DNA from: Acanthaster planci
Lineage: Eukaryota
NCBI RefSeq assembly: GCF_001949145.1
Contig: NW_019091359.1
Coordinates: 1,872,540 to 1,936,539 of the forward strand
DNA length: 64,000 nucleotides
Direction: 5' to 3'
This document shows positions 10,732 to 24,487 of this stretch, in pieces (position 1 is the stretch's first letter; every line of letters begins with the position of its first letter). The notes under the pieces were generated by a model. That model was not told the origin of the DNA and did no database searches. It saw only the letters and a list, made by a program, of their open reading frames with translations. Both the position numbers and the translations under genes were made by a program.

Positions 10732-13700
10732 CTTGTCAATTTACTACCATCTGTCTTTCTTTTGCCCGCTTAGAGGTGCGCTTCAACGCGGGGCGGACAC
10801 AGTAGGTCGCTCGAACGCACCCACAGATAACGAATGACCAGATTTAAGATCGTATAGCGCCGCTTGCTCTTTGCGAATGACAGCGTCAAGATCGGGAAAA
10901 AGTTTTCAAATTGTACCCTTTTTCCGATTGCAGGTATATCGGAGCGCTACCAGTGTTCATAGAATTTCAAACTTCCACATGGGGTAAGTTCGGTTTGTCG
11001 GCTGTTGCATCAGAGTGAAACAAAATGGTATGAATAAGTCTAAATAAATTATATCGTGCGCTCGATCAGTTGGCAGTTCCTCAATTTCAGTCAAAATCAG
11101 TCCCTCGAAATGAGCGTGTTCGCGTCCTGTTAGCGGCAAGTGCTCATTGGGCTAAATCAAATGGGGTTATTGCTCAACACTCAACTACTTATCCTTATAA
11201 ATGACTCATGTGGCTCCACAATGCATGCAGAATACCATTTGCTGCCTTTCTGATTTCTTGGAAAAACCGCTTCATTGATTTTTCTTTTTAAAGCTTGATG
11301 ATGAAGGGGAGAAAAAAACTAAATTATTTTTCCTGTTTACTCAGTTCGTCAAGAGAACATGGCAATAAAACCAGGCGACAAAATCACCTTGGTGAGGACA
11401 GATCGAGTTATCGACGTTGTTATAGACTTGACTCAAGTCGGATTCTTCCGTGATGTTCACGCTTTAGATACCGAGGTTACGCAGCGTTTACCTGCTTTGC
11501 ACCTTCTTGTGTCCGCTTATTACTGTGAGTTGAGAAATCCTGACTGCAGCGGGTGACACATGTTGCACAATTTCTGACGTTGACGCCGCGTGTGCTGTGT
11601 ACAGTGAAGGGGTGGCTGACGGGGAAGAGGTACGTAAGATCGACTTCATTGAAATTTAACGTTCCAATGGCGAAGTTCAAGGAACTTTTACCTTCAACAC
11701 CAATGGCATAATGCGGGTTTTGTTAGCCTAGTCCTGGTCGCTCTGGCTTGAAACGGTCTCCTCTCCTCGCTGTGGTCCAGGTTCCGCATTCCAGCCCGTA
11801 GACCCGCCAGCTTCGTTTCGACTGTGGTTCAACCACGTTGTGGCTAGTGTCCTCATTGGTAGATCCCAGGAGGCAGCGTGGGTCATAACCACCACAACCC
11901 CCCGCCAAAAAATGAGCAAACAACTGGTTGAAGAGAATGAGATAAAAGCAAATCGAGGGTGGGACTTTTTCACTTCCCTTAATTCATTCCAAAGGTGTAC
12001 AGTCCCCCCCCAAAAAAAACAGCCTTTGTCCCCAGAAAGGCTATCAATTTCCACATTTGAAACCCCCCCCAAAAAAAATTAGATCGGTCCCCAAAATAGG
12101 CCTAAGATCTGCCATTGTTACCTACGCTATTCCATTCAAACTGGCCTTACCAGTAACGATGAAAAAGGTAATGTATGCGGAATGCTTCTGTTCTGAAGAG
12201 TTCGGAGGTGTTCTTGGTAAACTGTGTGGTTGCAAAGGAATATGAAAATTCACATTTTATAGAAGTGTAACTTCACCGTCGCGAAGTTCTGCCACAGTGG
12301 TGGCTAAGTATGGACATAAGACGCTACATCCAGTGCAAAGGGTACAAGACTTTGATCCATCCCTTTATGTATACCCAGCAAGAAATGAGACCGAGGGGTA
12401 TCCCCCCAACATGTCCAATCCCTATAGACATTCCAGACTATTGTTACNATGTGCCTTTATGACATATTTTAGCAGGGCACCTCAACGAGCATCCCGGATG
12501 AAGGCGAACCCCAGGTGACAGGGTCACTCCTCGTAAAACTAAAACCTGACGTCACGTTTTGTTTACATGTGCGCTTTTCTATAGAGTGCCAAAGTGACTA
12601 CGCCATACGCCCAGTCTTGTGTATAAAAGGCATTAGCGTGAGAACCAGCGCCTGAACCAACGCGTGGGCGTATTCCATTCGTTTGTTGGGCATTTAGTGG
12701 TTCTAAACGACGTCACCCTTCTGTATTTTGTCCTGTTCGTAAATTTGACGTCGCTTCAGTTTAAACCACGCCCACTAGAGTTACATGCATATGCCTCTTC
12801 AGAAAGTTCATAATTATGCACGCATGCGCGCCGTGGCCTTAGCGGCAAGGAGTGTGCGCAGGCCGTTGAAAATGTACAGGGGTGCGACTTTGATGGTCAT
12901 TTTCAGTTTTTTCTTCAGAAAATCCCATTAAATCGAGTTTTCTATTAGTTTCTAATTTAAGTGGAATTTTAGTGATCTGTAAAAAGATTTTACGATCGTA
13001 ATTTTTCCTGTGCATACGCGATCGCCATTTCTTAGTATGGCCCCTTCCATCATAAGTAGTATAAACTGCATTGTTATAGTGTTCTAGGAACCAACCAATT
13101 TATTAGTATTGGAGGTCTATTAATAGCCTTTTACGTGGAACCTTGGAGCCGGAAGTTTATTTTTATCTATTTTATTTTATTTCACATTTCCACTGGCTAT
13201 TGTGAAATGAGATAAAAAAATTAATACATTAAAAACATATACATAAAACATTTGACATGACACAACAATCAGATGACGGGCATTAAAAACCAACATGCAA
13301 AAAAGCCAGTGAATGGTAAGATGGAACAGGTGACCAGCACCTCTGCAGAGCCATCCTACCACGACAACCCCCCCCCCTACAAAGAAAATGGGAATTTATT
13401 AATATCTACAGTCAGCACAGCGACAATTAGACACCCTAGTACATAATATTATCGGATTCGAAGCTACAGCTGAACTAGAGCTGAACGGAAGTTGACGCGC
13501 AACTTCAGCGATTGTCCATAGGGAGCCTGCAGCTCGTTGCGCGTCGTATGATGAAGTTGCCGAATCAGATAGCACTGAAGTTGGTCTTGATTTATCAAGG
13601 AAAGAGTACAATTATGTAAACAAAAAGTGACGCCCTAATTTTTATTCAAACGCTATTCTAACTAGACCAGCAAAGTAAGGGGCAGAGTCTTGTATTAGGG

Positions 13701-16700
13701 GATTGGGAATGTAAAATCACTGACGTGATTCTTTGAATCAGGTGTAATCAGAAGGGATTTTTTCTGTATTGTCCTCAAATTTCACGAAGCCGGATACTGA
13801 CCAATTACGTCACCTAACATAAATGTATATAGTTCGTCGATGGTTGGGTTGCTGACCGATTCAATGCAGACGAAATAGATGTTTTTCAAGATGAATAGGA
13901 CACATGTTCTTGACCACCAGGAAGATTTTATTGAATGCCAAACTTTTTCAGGTATGTTTTTTATGTTTGATTTGATTATTTTTTATTAGATATTAACCCT
14001 ATGCAGGTACAGTGTTAACGTGGTGAGTATTTGCACAGTGATTTTGTTTACAGCATTTTTTATTTGTCTTCTCTTTTTTCTTTTTTCTATCCATCTTAGC
14101 TTTCCATGCGTTTTGAAGCTGATTTTTAAACTGTCGTGTGTTTTGTGAAATTTCGGAAACCTTTGTGTATATTAGGTACCGTTACTTTCTATTCCTCTGT
14201 CCTGTCTCCTCTTCAAATACACTCTTTGCCTTGAGTACACTCTTTGCCTTGCCTTGAAGTCTTTCTAAACAAGTCTTCTAGCGACGGCGAGTTTTCCGCC
14301 AGTATCAACATGCGCCTCACCCCGAACGTTATTCTACGTCACTGCTTTTTCAGAGAATAATCCTCCCGGAAGTATCTTTAACAGAATGAACGTTGATTAA
14401 TATTCCGTGTCCGTGGACCCTGCTGAAAATGACTCCGTTTTTTTCTCCGAAGGAAGTGCGAACCTGTACTTCCTTTTTGTCTGATTGTCCGAACTTATGT
14501 CATGCAGGTAATCTTGTACCAGTGTACGACGTGCCACACTTTGTTGACATGCATACATGTAAGTACGTGCATGCTTTCCTAATGGGCCCAATGGACCGTG
14601 CCCCCAACAGTGCAGTGCCATGGGAAAGAGGACATGTAAACAAAATGGAAGTGCGCCATCATTCATAGACCTACAGAACGTTGTATTTCTCGCGGCTGTA
14701 ACTGAGCACGTGCTGAAAACAAACACGAACAGAAGCATTGTTCTGTCTTTTTGAATAACATGATAAATTTACAATCTGGTTTATTCATTTGGTCATTTTC
14801 ATGTACTTGCATTTTTAACAACTCGTTATCAGTGTTACAAAGTATCTGAATATGATTTCATATGTAGAATATTATCGTAATATAAATTCTCATTTACTGA
14901 TTGCAATTTTATTGACGATCGTAATTGGCTAGAAAAGTTGTCAGTAAAACTTGCATAACTTGCAACCAGTTTTGACAATTTTCACCGAATCTCTCCCTAT
15001 GGAGTATAATCATTGTTGTTAGATTTAAGATTGCAATATATTCTAGAAGCTCTGAACATGAGGCATGCGTATACATGTAAATATATCTTAACCTTGGTTG
15101 TTGTAAATTACGGACGCCCAGGAAATCGGAAGTAAAAAGCAAGCATTCGAAATGTGGTGTGACGCAAACCAGAGCGCAGATCAGCAACGACGAAATACGT
15201 CAAGGAATCGGGAGAGAGAAATGAATTAACAAGTAGGCTAAGGGAGCCAGACAAAAGAAAGGATGGAGAGACGCAATGGATAACTGAGGTGGTATGAACA
15301 ACGAAGAGACGTAATTGAGGACAATGAAGTCGTCAACCTTCACACTTTGAAGCAAGATATAGGACGGAGGGACCCCCTTTGTGTTGGTCATTGTTTGATC
15401 GGAATCTCGGGAATTCTTTCAAAGAATTAGTTCTTTACTTGAAAAAGTATTTCTATTTTTCAATCAGACTTCGGAAAAATCACTTTTTGGGGGGTGATTT
15501 TGTTTTGTGGGAATAATTAAAAATGTAATTGGTTAACCCACAAAAAATTTAAAAGAAATTGAAAGATTAGTGACCAGACAAGAATTTCATTTGTGTTTCA
15601 GAAATCTCAGGGATGATGACGTGCATGTTATTGGGCCCTGAACGGTGCTGATTTTACACTGTTTTCAATGGGGCTTGAATTAGTGGACTATACTCCGCAG
15701 CGACTGAAAGAGGGCGCCATAGCGCTGTGGCAACTGCACATAATGCAGTGTCATCACGATCCATTTTTTCCCGTGACTTCATAACATGACTAAGAAGGAC
15801 ACAGTTGTGCAAGTTTCTTTCAAAATGGGTCAGACTGTCAAAAAACCGGCATTTATACCTGCAACCTCTGCGCACGGAACACACTTCCATCTAGCTGAAG
15901 TTGTGTAAGTAAGTAAATATTTTTTGCGTTATGGGGAACCCCACATGATACACGTTTAGAACTTTTCTAATGAACTGAATGTTATTTCATCTTTCTGAAC
16001 CGTCTTGTGGGTATAATTCTAATAAAACATGATATGAATCAGCGCTGTAGATTAGTTTTAAAATTTTAATTATTTTAACTTTTAAAATAGGGCGTACATT
16101 GTAATTTGAATTATTTGTTATCGATTGTTGGCAACGTTTTCAAGTTCGTGTAAATTGTTAAAATGTGCATGTTTTTTTCATCTGCAAATGAGATATGCAA
16201 ACTTATAGTACAGATCTACCTACCAAACCCAATGGCGTAACTAGGGTGCTACAGCTGAGGGGGTACTAGGTAGGCCTATATATATATTTTTTTGTCCATT
16301 TCAAAAACGCCACTGACTGAACCTGTCCTGAAGGAGACTCATGTGATAAACAGAACAAGATTTTTTAAGATAAGCACTGCACATAAACAGGGGAAATATT
16401 ATTTGGGTCTCCGTGGAAAGAAAATTAATTTTAATTTGAACTTAAACAGAATGTGAATCTGAACCAAAACACAAATTTAATGTTCCTTACGTACAGTGTC
16501 ACATGAATCGGCCATTTACATTCTCTGTTCATATGCTTCATGTGATAGTGACAGAAATCATGAGCAAGACTTGCTTGTTAATGGAATGATGGAATGATCT
16601 CGAAGTATGACGTGATATGATGCAGTGACATTGTGTTGCTGGTCCGGTTGCGTGATCATATACTGTACATTGTACATGTACTGTACATGCACATGTACAG

Positions 16701-17440
16701 GGGCGTCCACAAAACCCAGTCGCGCGTGCATGAACTGCGTGATCTGAGCCAAAGGTCATTTTACGCCATGCGATGTGATGCAACCGACGTGACACACGAG
16801 TTGGTGTGATTTTTAGTGCGTGGTGGGATATTACAACATTATTATGTTGCGTCACATCCGACACGTAGCTATCTTGGTCTTGTTGAAGCTCAGAATTTCT
16901 GCTGGGGCTTCTCAACCTCTCAGGTGACATAAGGGAAAATCCTCGGCCTGCGTTAATTCTTCCTCTGTGTAAATCTCAAAACTTACATGATGGAGATGTC
17001 CGGTACCGTTCTACCTCCGTCAATGTCTCTGTATAATAGGAAGTCCCATTCCTTCATGTCACCAATGGCCTTCGGGGGAATGTCCACTAAAAGCAAGGAA
17101 AAACCTTCAAAATATCCTTAACTTCTTGAAGTGGAATTGTCGTCGTACTTTTCAAGGAAGACTTGAATTACAGAGCTCGGACTGGTTGAAAACGCCACAC
17201 TAAGTCTTGTTATAAAATCTCATCTGGAATCAGCACCAGCAACGTAATGTAACGATTTTGAGAGAAGTTGTTTTGTTTTAATGGCGCTTTCAGCTACTCA
17301 GACTATTCGCGCCAATAACTATACGCTTACTGTTAACCTTTATTATTATTATTTATTATTATTTATTTGGCCAACAAGAGAAGCAAGTACAATGACAGAG
17401 GAGAAAATATAAAATGTATACAGTACGTGCAAAATTGAAA

Positions 17441-17960
17441 ATAATAATAATGAATTATTTAAAAAACGCTTTTCATGTCAATGACATCTCAAAGCGCTGT
17501 ACAGTAAAATGCAAAAATTAAATTAACTTTAAATAATGAAAACAAAGTAACAGGAGTTATAAAACATAATTAAACATTAAACAATAAAAAAATAAATAAA
17601 AATATTCATAAAACAAAGAATTCAAACTAACAAGTACAACATAAGTAATAATCCTTAAATAAATGTGTTTTAAAGCGAGATTTGAAAGTATCCAAAGTGT
17701 CAGCAGAGCGAATTGCTACTGGTGGCCTGTTCCATAATCGAGGAGCAAATATTGTGAAAGATTGATCACCATAGTATTTAGTTTTACCAATTGGCTGTTG
17801 TAAATAAAATACTCCAAAAGTTGTCGAGCGCAACGTGCATGTACTCGATCGAACATCAAGTAATTCACATAAATAATCTGGAGCTATTCCTTTCATAATC
17901 TTACAGACAAGACATGCAATTTTAAATTCCAACCGCTTATTTACCGGAAGCCAATGCAAA
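17441..17960 (-). mobile_element. L2/Crack-clade LINE, 5'-truncated 3' end
   Basis: Minus ORF LHWLPVNKRLEFKIACLVCKIMKGIAPDYL...FAPRLWNRPPVAIRSADTLDTFKSRFKTHLF is the typical L2 ORF2 C-terminus, followed by acagcgctttgagatg...aaaagcg and an (ATT)n tail. Confidence 0.9.
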
Positions 17961-18119
17961 CTTTTCAAACTCGGGGTGATATGCTCAGATTTTTAAAATG
18001 GGGGGTGGGGTGGAGGAGGGTGGGGGGAGGTGGAGGGACTTGGGTTGGGGCAGGGGTAGGGGAATGGAGGGTGGGGTGGGAAGGTGATATGAAAGGAGGG
18101 GAAAAGGCAAGGACAACAA

Positions 18120-19290
18120 ACATTGCAAGTCAGCCAGGGTAAGCAAAAGTGTAATCAAACACTGTAGCCCTAAAGCCTGCTTACCCAAGCCTGCAATGTC
18201 AATAAACACATCCGTAAATAAATAAATAGTCCTGATTATGAACCATAAAGAAATCAATGGGAACTCAAGAAATAGTCCACCAGTGCTTTTATTAGCTGGG
18301 AAAATATTGCCCGGCGGCCGGAGTTGGAATCAAGTTTTGCAATCATACTTCTCGCTCCGGTTATAATTAATAGGTCTAAACAAAATTGAAATTATTCAAG
18401 CTATTGAAAGTAGTCTAATAAACTTCTGCTAAATGAACTTAAAGAGTCAAGTATGACAGAGTCTGCAATATGAGAGGGAAGGTTGCTCCAGATACGTAGA
18501 AATGAATGAGTTACGAAGTTTTTGAGGGCACAAGTTCTGGCATACTGCTGGTTAAATATCACATGGCGAGTATTTATTTAATATTATCACGGACAGAATG
18601 GCAGTCCATAATCCCAAACAAACGTCTAAGTGATAGATTGCATTGCCCGTCTGTTTTCTAGAGTTATCCAGTTACGACCACAAAGTCTCTCCTCATTATG
18701 TTGCAGTACCCTTGGCAACTTTCAGGCACATCCTGCTTGCTCGTCTCTGTACTCGTTCCAAGTCGCTTATGTCCACGGCATGTGTAAGGCAACCACGCAG
18801 GCAAACCGTACCCCAGCACTGGTAGCACCGAGGATTTATAGGAGGGATGAAAGGGCCTGGGTTGAAATTCCTCATGCAACTTGCCAAATAAATCCTAGTG
18901 TTGCATTGGCCTTTCTTACAACTGCGTTAATGTGATCAGATCAAGTCAGTGTACTGTTGAGGGTTAACCCGAGGTATTTGTCGGTTTGAGTGGTGCTTAG
19001 GGGAGTGTCCTTGAGGAAATAAGTTGGAGGTACACTTTGTTTCTTAGCACGTGACGTGAAAAACCTTAGTTTTCTTGATGTTGAGCTGCATGCCGTTTAT
19101 ATCGCTTCATCGGGTAAGTTCGTTAAGGTCCGCTTGGAGGGCAAGCTCATCATCCAGTGACTGAATAGGTTGGTAAATTAGTGTGTCATCAGCAAAAAGT
19201 AGAAATTTGTTGTCATGTTGTTGGAGATGTCGTTGATGAACAGGTTAAACAGCAAAGGGCCAAGAACGCTTCCTTGTGGGACACCAGAGG
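18120..19290 (-). mobile_element. Decayed CR1-clade LINE (RT C-terminal half and 3' UTR)
   Basis: Frameshifted minus-strand peptides PQGSVLGPLLFNLFINDI, ADDTLIY, YLGLTL, HINAVVRKANATLGFI, DLERVQRRASR, IWSNLP; 3' hairpin gggtaagca...tgcttaccc at about 18137-18186. Confidence 0.88.
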
Positions 19291-19299
19291 TTCAGTTTT

Positions 19300-19420
19300 A
19301 GAGGCAGGAGGAAACCGGAGTACCCGGAGAAAACCTGCGAGAGCGAGTATGGACTGGAAACCAAATGCACTTAAAGCCTGGGCCAAAGCGGGACTCGAGC
19401 CCGGGACTCATTGGTGACTC
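19300..19420 (-). mobile_element. tRNA-headed SINE fragment with V-SINE-like central domain
   Basis: ggaggaaaccggagtacccggagaaaacc core, plus B-box-like gggctcgagtccc on the minus strand. Confidence 0.7.
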
Positions 19421-21644
19421 GATCTAAGCAGGATTTTAGTGCTTTGAAAAAGAGTTTTGACTTTTGACTGTATAAGGGTAGAATTGCCGCGAACGTAAGC
19501 CCAAAGGAAAAAATCTGCACCAAAGTTAAGTGTGTTTCACAGATTTTATAAAAACTTCAATTAATTTTTTGCCCATGACTACGTAAAAACCACGAATCAA
19601 ATAATTCTGTACTTGCGCGTTAAGCTTCGCGATGTCTACGAATTAAGTCATGTTAAAGAAGTCACAGTTATAGGACTCTGACCTGGAGGGAAATTTCACA
19701 ACAGAGATTATTTGGTCGTCTGAAACGAAACGTTCAAGTACTCAACGTGTTTCCATGCACGAATCCCACGACCAGAAACTAGGGGTCACAAAATTAATCC
19801 ATAGTCATCCACATATGACTAATCTACCAACAAAGTTCGTGCCATGGTCATGAATGTGGTGGCCTTATCTTGTGTAAAGAACTATACATGTATTCCATTT
19901 TAACCGTTGATCAAAGGATTAATGATATAATACGCTACATGTATTTAAAAACTGTATCATGTACCTGCATTCCCCGATCTTCTGTTCGGCTGTAATGCGT
20001 TACAGTGTTGTCAACAAAACGCTGTTTCGTGTACATTAATTTACCTCAGTGCCAATTACAAAATGCAAGCTTAGCCCGTGCGACCAAATGAAACGTGATG
20101 TCACAGACATGTGGCATTTTTGTTTGGTTGCTTGGTGACACTGAAGAGCGTCGCTTAATGAGGCTATGCTGATGCTGTACAAGTTGGCAGCGCAGAGCTT
20201 TGCTTTCGCTGATTTATAGTCCAATTCGACATCGGCACTCTTGAGGAACAGTTTTGCTCCAAACATGAAGTTTGAAAAATGATCCATTAAAGAAATAGAG
20301 GTATGTGTTTGCAAAGCAGAAGTTTAATTAATACGATTCTATTATGCCATTAATCTTACCGAGTGGGACAAAAATTACAATGTACTTGTCACTCTAGTGT
20401 TATGCCCACACAAACTGCGAAATGAATTTCATTTATAGAATGCTAAAATAGTATTTAAAAAAAGTATCTAGACTAAATGTGCAACTGTACAGGGATCGAT
20501 TTGTTGGACTTTACGTTTAAATCAGAAATGTTATCGTTTGAATGTGGGCACAATTTATCCTTTTCTCCATAATGACTACTTCTGCAGAGAAACAGAATAC
20601 ATGTAGCATAGCCAAGGGATAGAGTGTAGAGTTAAGATCGCAATGGAATCAGGATTTGAAAAACAGTATACATTTAGGACAGAAGGACAAATTGTTTCGT
20701 CTATAAAAGATTATGGGGTGAACATATTAATGTTGCCAACTTACGGTGAACGGGCAGTTTTTGATCACTTTATTTCGAGACTGTTAAGTACAGGAAACAT
20801 AACCCAGTGACACACGACACTGGGTTTGCCATTTGTCAATAACCATGAGATGATGACGTCATGGTAACTCCATACTCGAGCATCACTGAATGTCAATTCG
20901 TCCTCGGCTACACGATTTGATCCTTGACACTTCCACACTCCTTCGTTTTGCTTGTGAAATCAGTTCCCCACCGCATGTCACATGCGTGGTGTGGTTACCG
21001 CCGGCTCACGTACTATACAGTAATTATTATCAGAAGAATGGACCGGAAACCAGCCAAACATGTGCATCTTTGGCGGGAAAATGTAGTTCAGTGTGACATG
21101 GGAGTGTTAGTTGTAATTGACAAAGTTGCTGTAAAATTGGGTAAGTTTAACCTGTTAAAACTGCTTGCAAAACTGTGCACATTGTTTAATAACACTGAAT
21201 ATGTACAATTCTGTGTACAGTGGTGTTTTTATTTTAAACTTAAGCTCTTTGTTCATTTTTCACTGAATGTCGACTCATAGTCACTTCTTCATGACTCATA
21301 GTAGGGGTCTATTGTTATATTTTACTGTAATTAAAGGACCCACCTTGTCGAAATTTGGGGCAATTTGTCAAGTTAGCCAAATCTAACCAGCCACTTGCAC
21401 ATATAACTTCTCACTTAGTACTACTTCGTTTGTTATTTTTTCAATATTAAAACAACCCTTTGACGGTCTGAAACTGCAACAAATCCCCAGAATCCTGAAA
21501 TTGGTTGTAATGAAACTATTGCATTGATATGATATTAGTCTGAAATTTTGGACTCTCAATACTGGGTATAAGGGTTCCACTATTTAAGTCACCCCAGCGG
21601 ACACATGCAGGAAAATAGACTAGGATCTGTGCTCATCGTTTTAG

Positions 21645-22170
21645 TATTTACGAAGGCCCAATAGTGCTAGAGCAGCTGTTTCTATTTTGAAGAGCAGCTC
21701 TTTTCATTTAAAAGCTAGTTTTATGTTCTAGAGCAAAGACCAAGTTCTGGCAATTTGTGGTTTAGGTAACGCTTGCTGGCAAAGATCTCACGATAAGTAA
21801 CTGAAGCAACTACTTCGTCATAAGTCCTAAACTAAAGTGCCGCCTGATCAAATGCAGACATTGCGCATCCAACGCCACTACAGCCATTGATGATGGTGGC
21901 TTTGGGAAATCGAAAAGCTGCTTTAAAAAGAAAAAAAGCTACTTGAATGTAGAAATAGGCCTAGACCCTCTTTAAATAAAAATTAACTGTTCTGGAAAAT
22001 ATAAATAGCTGCTCTGAAAAATACACATAGCAGCTCTTGAAAATAAAGTAGCTCCTCTCGTGAATAAAAAAGTAAAAGATGTTAAAACCAAAAGTTACTT
22101 TAAAAATATGGTTTTATTAAACGGGGCAATGAATTTCACTTCCCGGCCATGACGCCATCAAGCTTGTAAT
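21645..22170. mobile_element. Foldback element with internal agagcagct subrepeats
   Basis: Starts tttacgaaggcc; repeated agagcagct(g/c) on the left mirrored by agctgctct/agcagctct on the right. Confidence 0.55.
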
Positions 22171-22666
22171 TGAACATAAAAATAAGATAAGGCCCGTGAC
22201 CAAATCTTACTTAGAGTTCCTAAAAATGGAGTCAGTACAGTTGGCATGATTTCTTTTGGGGGGGTTCTATCGATTACACGACGTCTCTGATCCAATCTCA
22301 AACGATTGGTTTGTTTGGTGAGAATTCCACACATCATGTACGGACATCTCTATACTAGCTACTTCCCCTTAGTGACATGTCAGCAACCAGGAAGCGATAA
22401 CATGTTCTAAAAAGTTAAATTTAGCCGGGAAAATATTATAAGTTTACTTAGAAAACAGTTTTTTCGGACCAGTCTTCAAGCCTCTAGGGTTTCAGCACAT
22501 GGACCTTGTTCCCAGTGTTGCCGTGACCGGCGGCAAGGTTGTCCCCAAGCAACATGAAGAGACTTAACGGCCCCATTCGCATTTTTCTAACCGACTTCTC
22601 CCATAGCCTCTTAAGGAAATTTAACATTTGTGAATATATTACGAACTACTAATGCAATGTACTCAA

Positions 22667-22740
22667 CCTGTAAAAATTAAAGGACAACTTATTGATACAG
22701 AGTCCTGTAAAAATTAAAGGACAACTTATTGATACACAGT
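22667..22740. repeat. 37-bp tandem duplication
   Basis: cctgtaaaaattaaaggacaacttattgataca(g/c)agt twice. Confidence 0.9.
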
Positions 22741-23440
22741 GATCACAAATAACCAATAGCCTACCAAATGACTCCTGAGTCAAGTTTCCTAGAATAAACG
22801 TCTGTTGGGTGTCCACTCAATTCCTCCACGTCACGATGAGTAAAAATGCCACTACAGCGAGTCATGAGTTAAATACAATCCGACGATGACACGCAAATTC
22901 CATATGAACACGTTGGAGATCACTATAAAGCACAGGCCGAGAGTCCTACGCAACCCATGCAATGGCGAGGAGTGAGAAATAAATCGAATATTGACATAGC
23001 TACGGCGTGAATAACACGGTTCAGTGAACTGCATGTAGTGTACCCACTGTACATGTACAATCACATGCATCGCCACGTCACCTCTTCGTGACATTATAGC
23101 AACTCCCACTGGAAAATTTTTGCCTGGTTACACACGGTGACTCCTAAGTATTCCGTTCCATCATGACTATAAATGTCGAACTTTTGGGTTCGTATGCCTA
23201 TAACTGCCTCACCACACTTCTGTTTTGGGGAACATTTTCGTCAAGAAACTTCACGGTGCATCTCGGTGAATATTTTGCGGGACCGAGGTCAGGTATGCTC
23301 TACAGATGTGCATTGCTTGTATATCGTCGGGCTCCGACCGAAAAGATTTAGCTGGTTCCCTGCTGCTGTATTAACACCAGGTGGTTGTCACCGTTTAAAA
23401 AAATACATGCAGTGTATGACGTAATGCGTGGGATTCCCCC
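22739..23440 (+). promoter_or_regulatory. Candidate promoter and non-coding first exon of the full-length TBK1 gene
   Basis: AP-1 tgagtca (about 22776), CCACGTCA at 22826 and 23073, TATA-like tataaa (about 23168), splice donor cag|gtatgc at 23292/23293, kB-like GGGATTCCCC at 23430-23439. Confidence 0.45.
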
Positions 23441-23599
23441 TTCTTTAGGCGCAGCTCGTACCACTGATCTCTATTGTCAGTGGCTCGTACTCACTGTTTT
23501 TCCATATTTTGTGTGGACGTGTTGGGGGCACGGACGTGTATATACGTCCGTGGTTGGGGGTTGCGCAGGTCAATTACATGTACATGCAATATGCAAAAT

Positions 23600-23728
23600 T
23601 ACGGAGCCCCTAAAGGGACACCCCCGATTTTTTTTTTATCTCGTCCGCACAACATTATCTCGTGCGCAAGACATTATCTCGTGCGCACGAGATAAAAAAA
23701 AATGGGATGACCCTTTAGGGGCTCTGTA
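23600..23728. mobile_element. TA-flanked foldback MITE
   Basis: ta-cggagcccctaaaggg...ttttatctcgt versus acgagataaaa...ccctttaggggctctg-ta; internal ttatctcgtgcgca subrepeats. Confidence 0.8.
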
Positions 23729-24487
23729 CAAAATAATACAACAGAAATCGAAAATTTTTTCTTAATTAAATTGTGATGCATATTGCAGAATCCGGAAAAC
23801 AAGCCATTTTTCCGGATACACTACCCAAAAAATAAACCGGCAAAATCAGTTCGGAAAAATTGACTGATTTCGGACAATTTTAAAATTTGCCACCTGACTG
23901 TGTAGGTTACCAGACCTAGAGATTCCTAAGAATTAGCAGAGATGTCCTTTGGTCTAGTGTACTCATAGACTCGAATATTAATTTGATAGGGGTTGTGCAT
24001 ACTTTTTAGGCGTAAAATGTTATTTTCTTGCTCGATTGGCTTGCTCACATGCTGTTCTCGGCAAATGAACTTATGGCGGAGTACATCACAGCTACTCCTT
24101 TGTTGTGGCGTTATGTAAAAATAATACTTTTAGTTTACTTTTTTAAAGGTGACAGTATCACAATCCTGAAGTTAACTTTTTTTTCAAGAGGGGCGTGGTT
24201 TAAATACGGAGCTGAGGAAGGACTTGAAAAGTTAACGTTTCGAGAATCCACTAGCATTCTGTTGAAGTTAACAATGGAATATATTTGTTTAAAATTCCTT
24301 AACACTTCACTGACGATTCTCTAAAGCCTAAATGGCAGCTATTTTCTTGTGCGCGGGCTTTCGGAAATAAAGTGCGTTAAAACGGTAAAATCACGGTAAA
24401 ACAGACTTTTTACGTTAGCTTGAAACGCCCCTTCTGAAATTCAGCATAAATGCCCTGAACGATTAAGGTATGCTACTTTTGTAGGAC

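Noticed and set aside
22667..22740. Direct repeats as a CRISPR-like array
   Set aside because: Only two abutting copies, no spacers, eukaryotic context.
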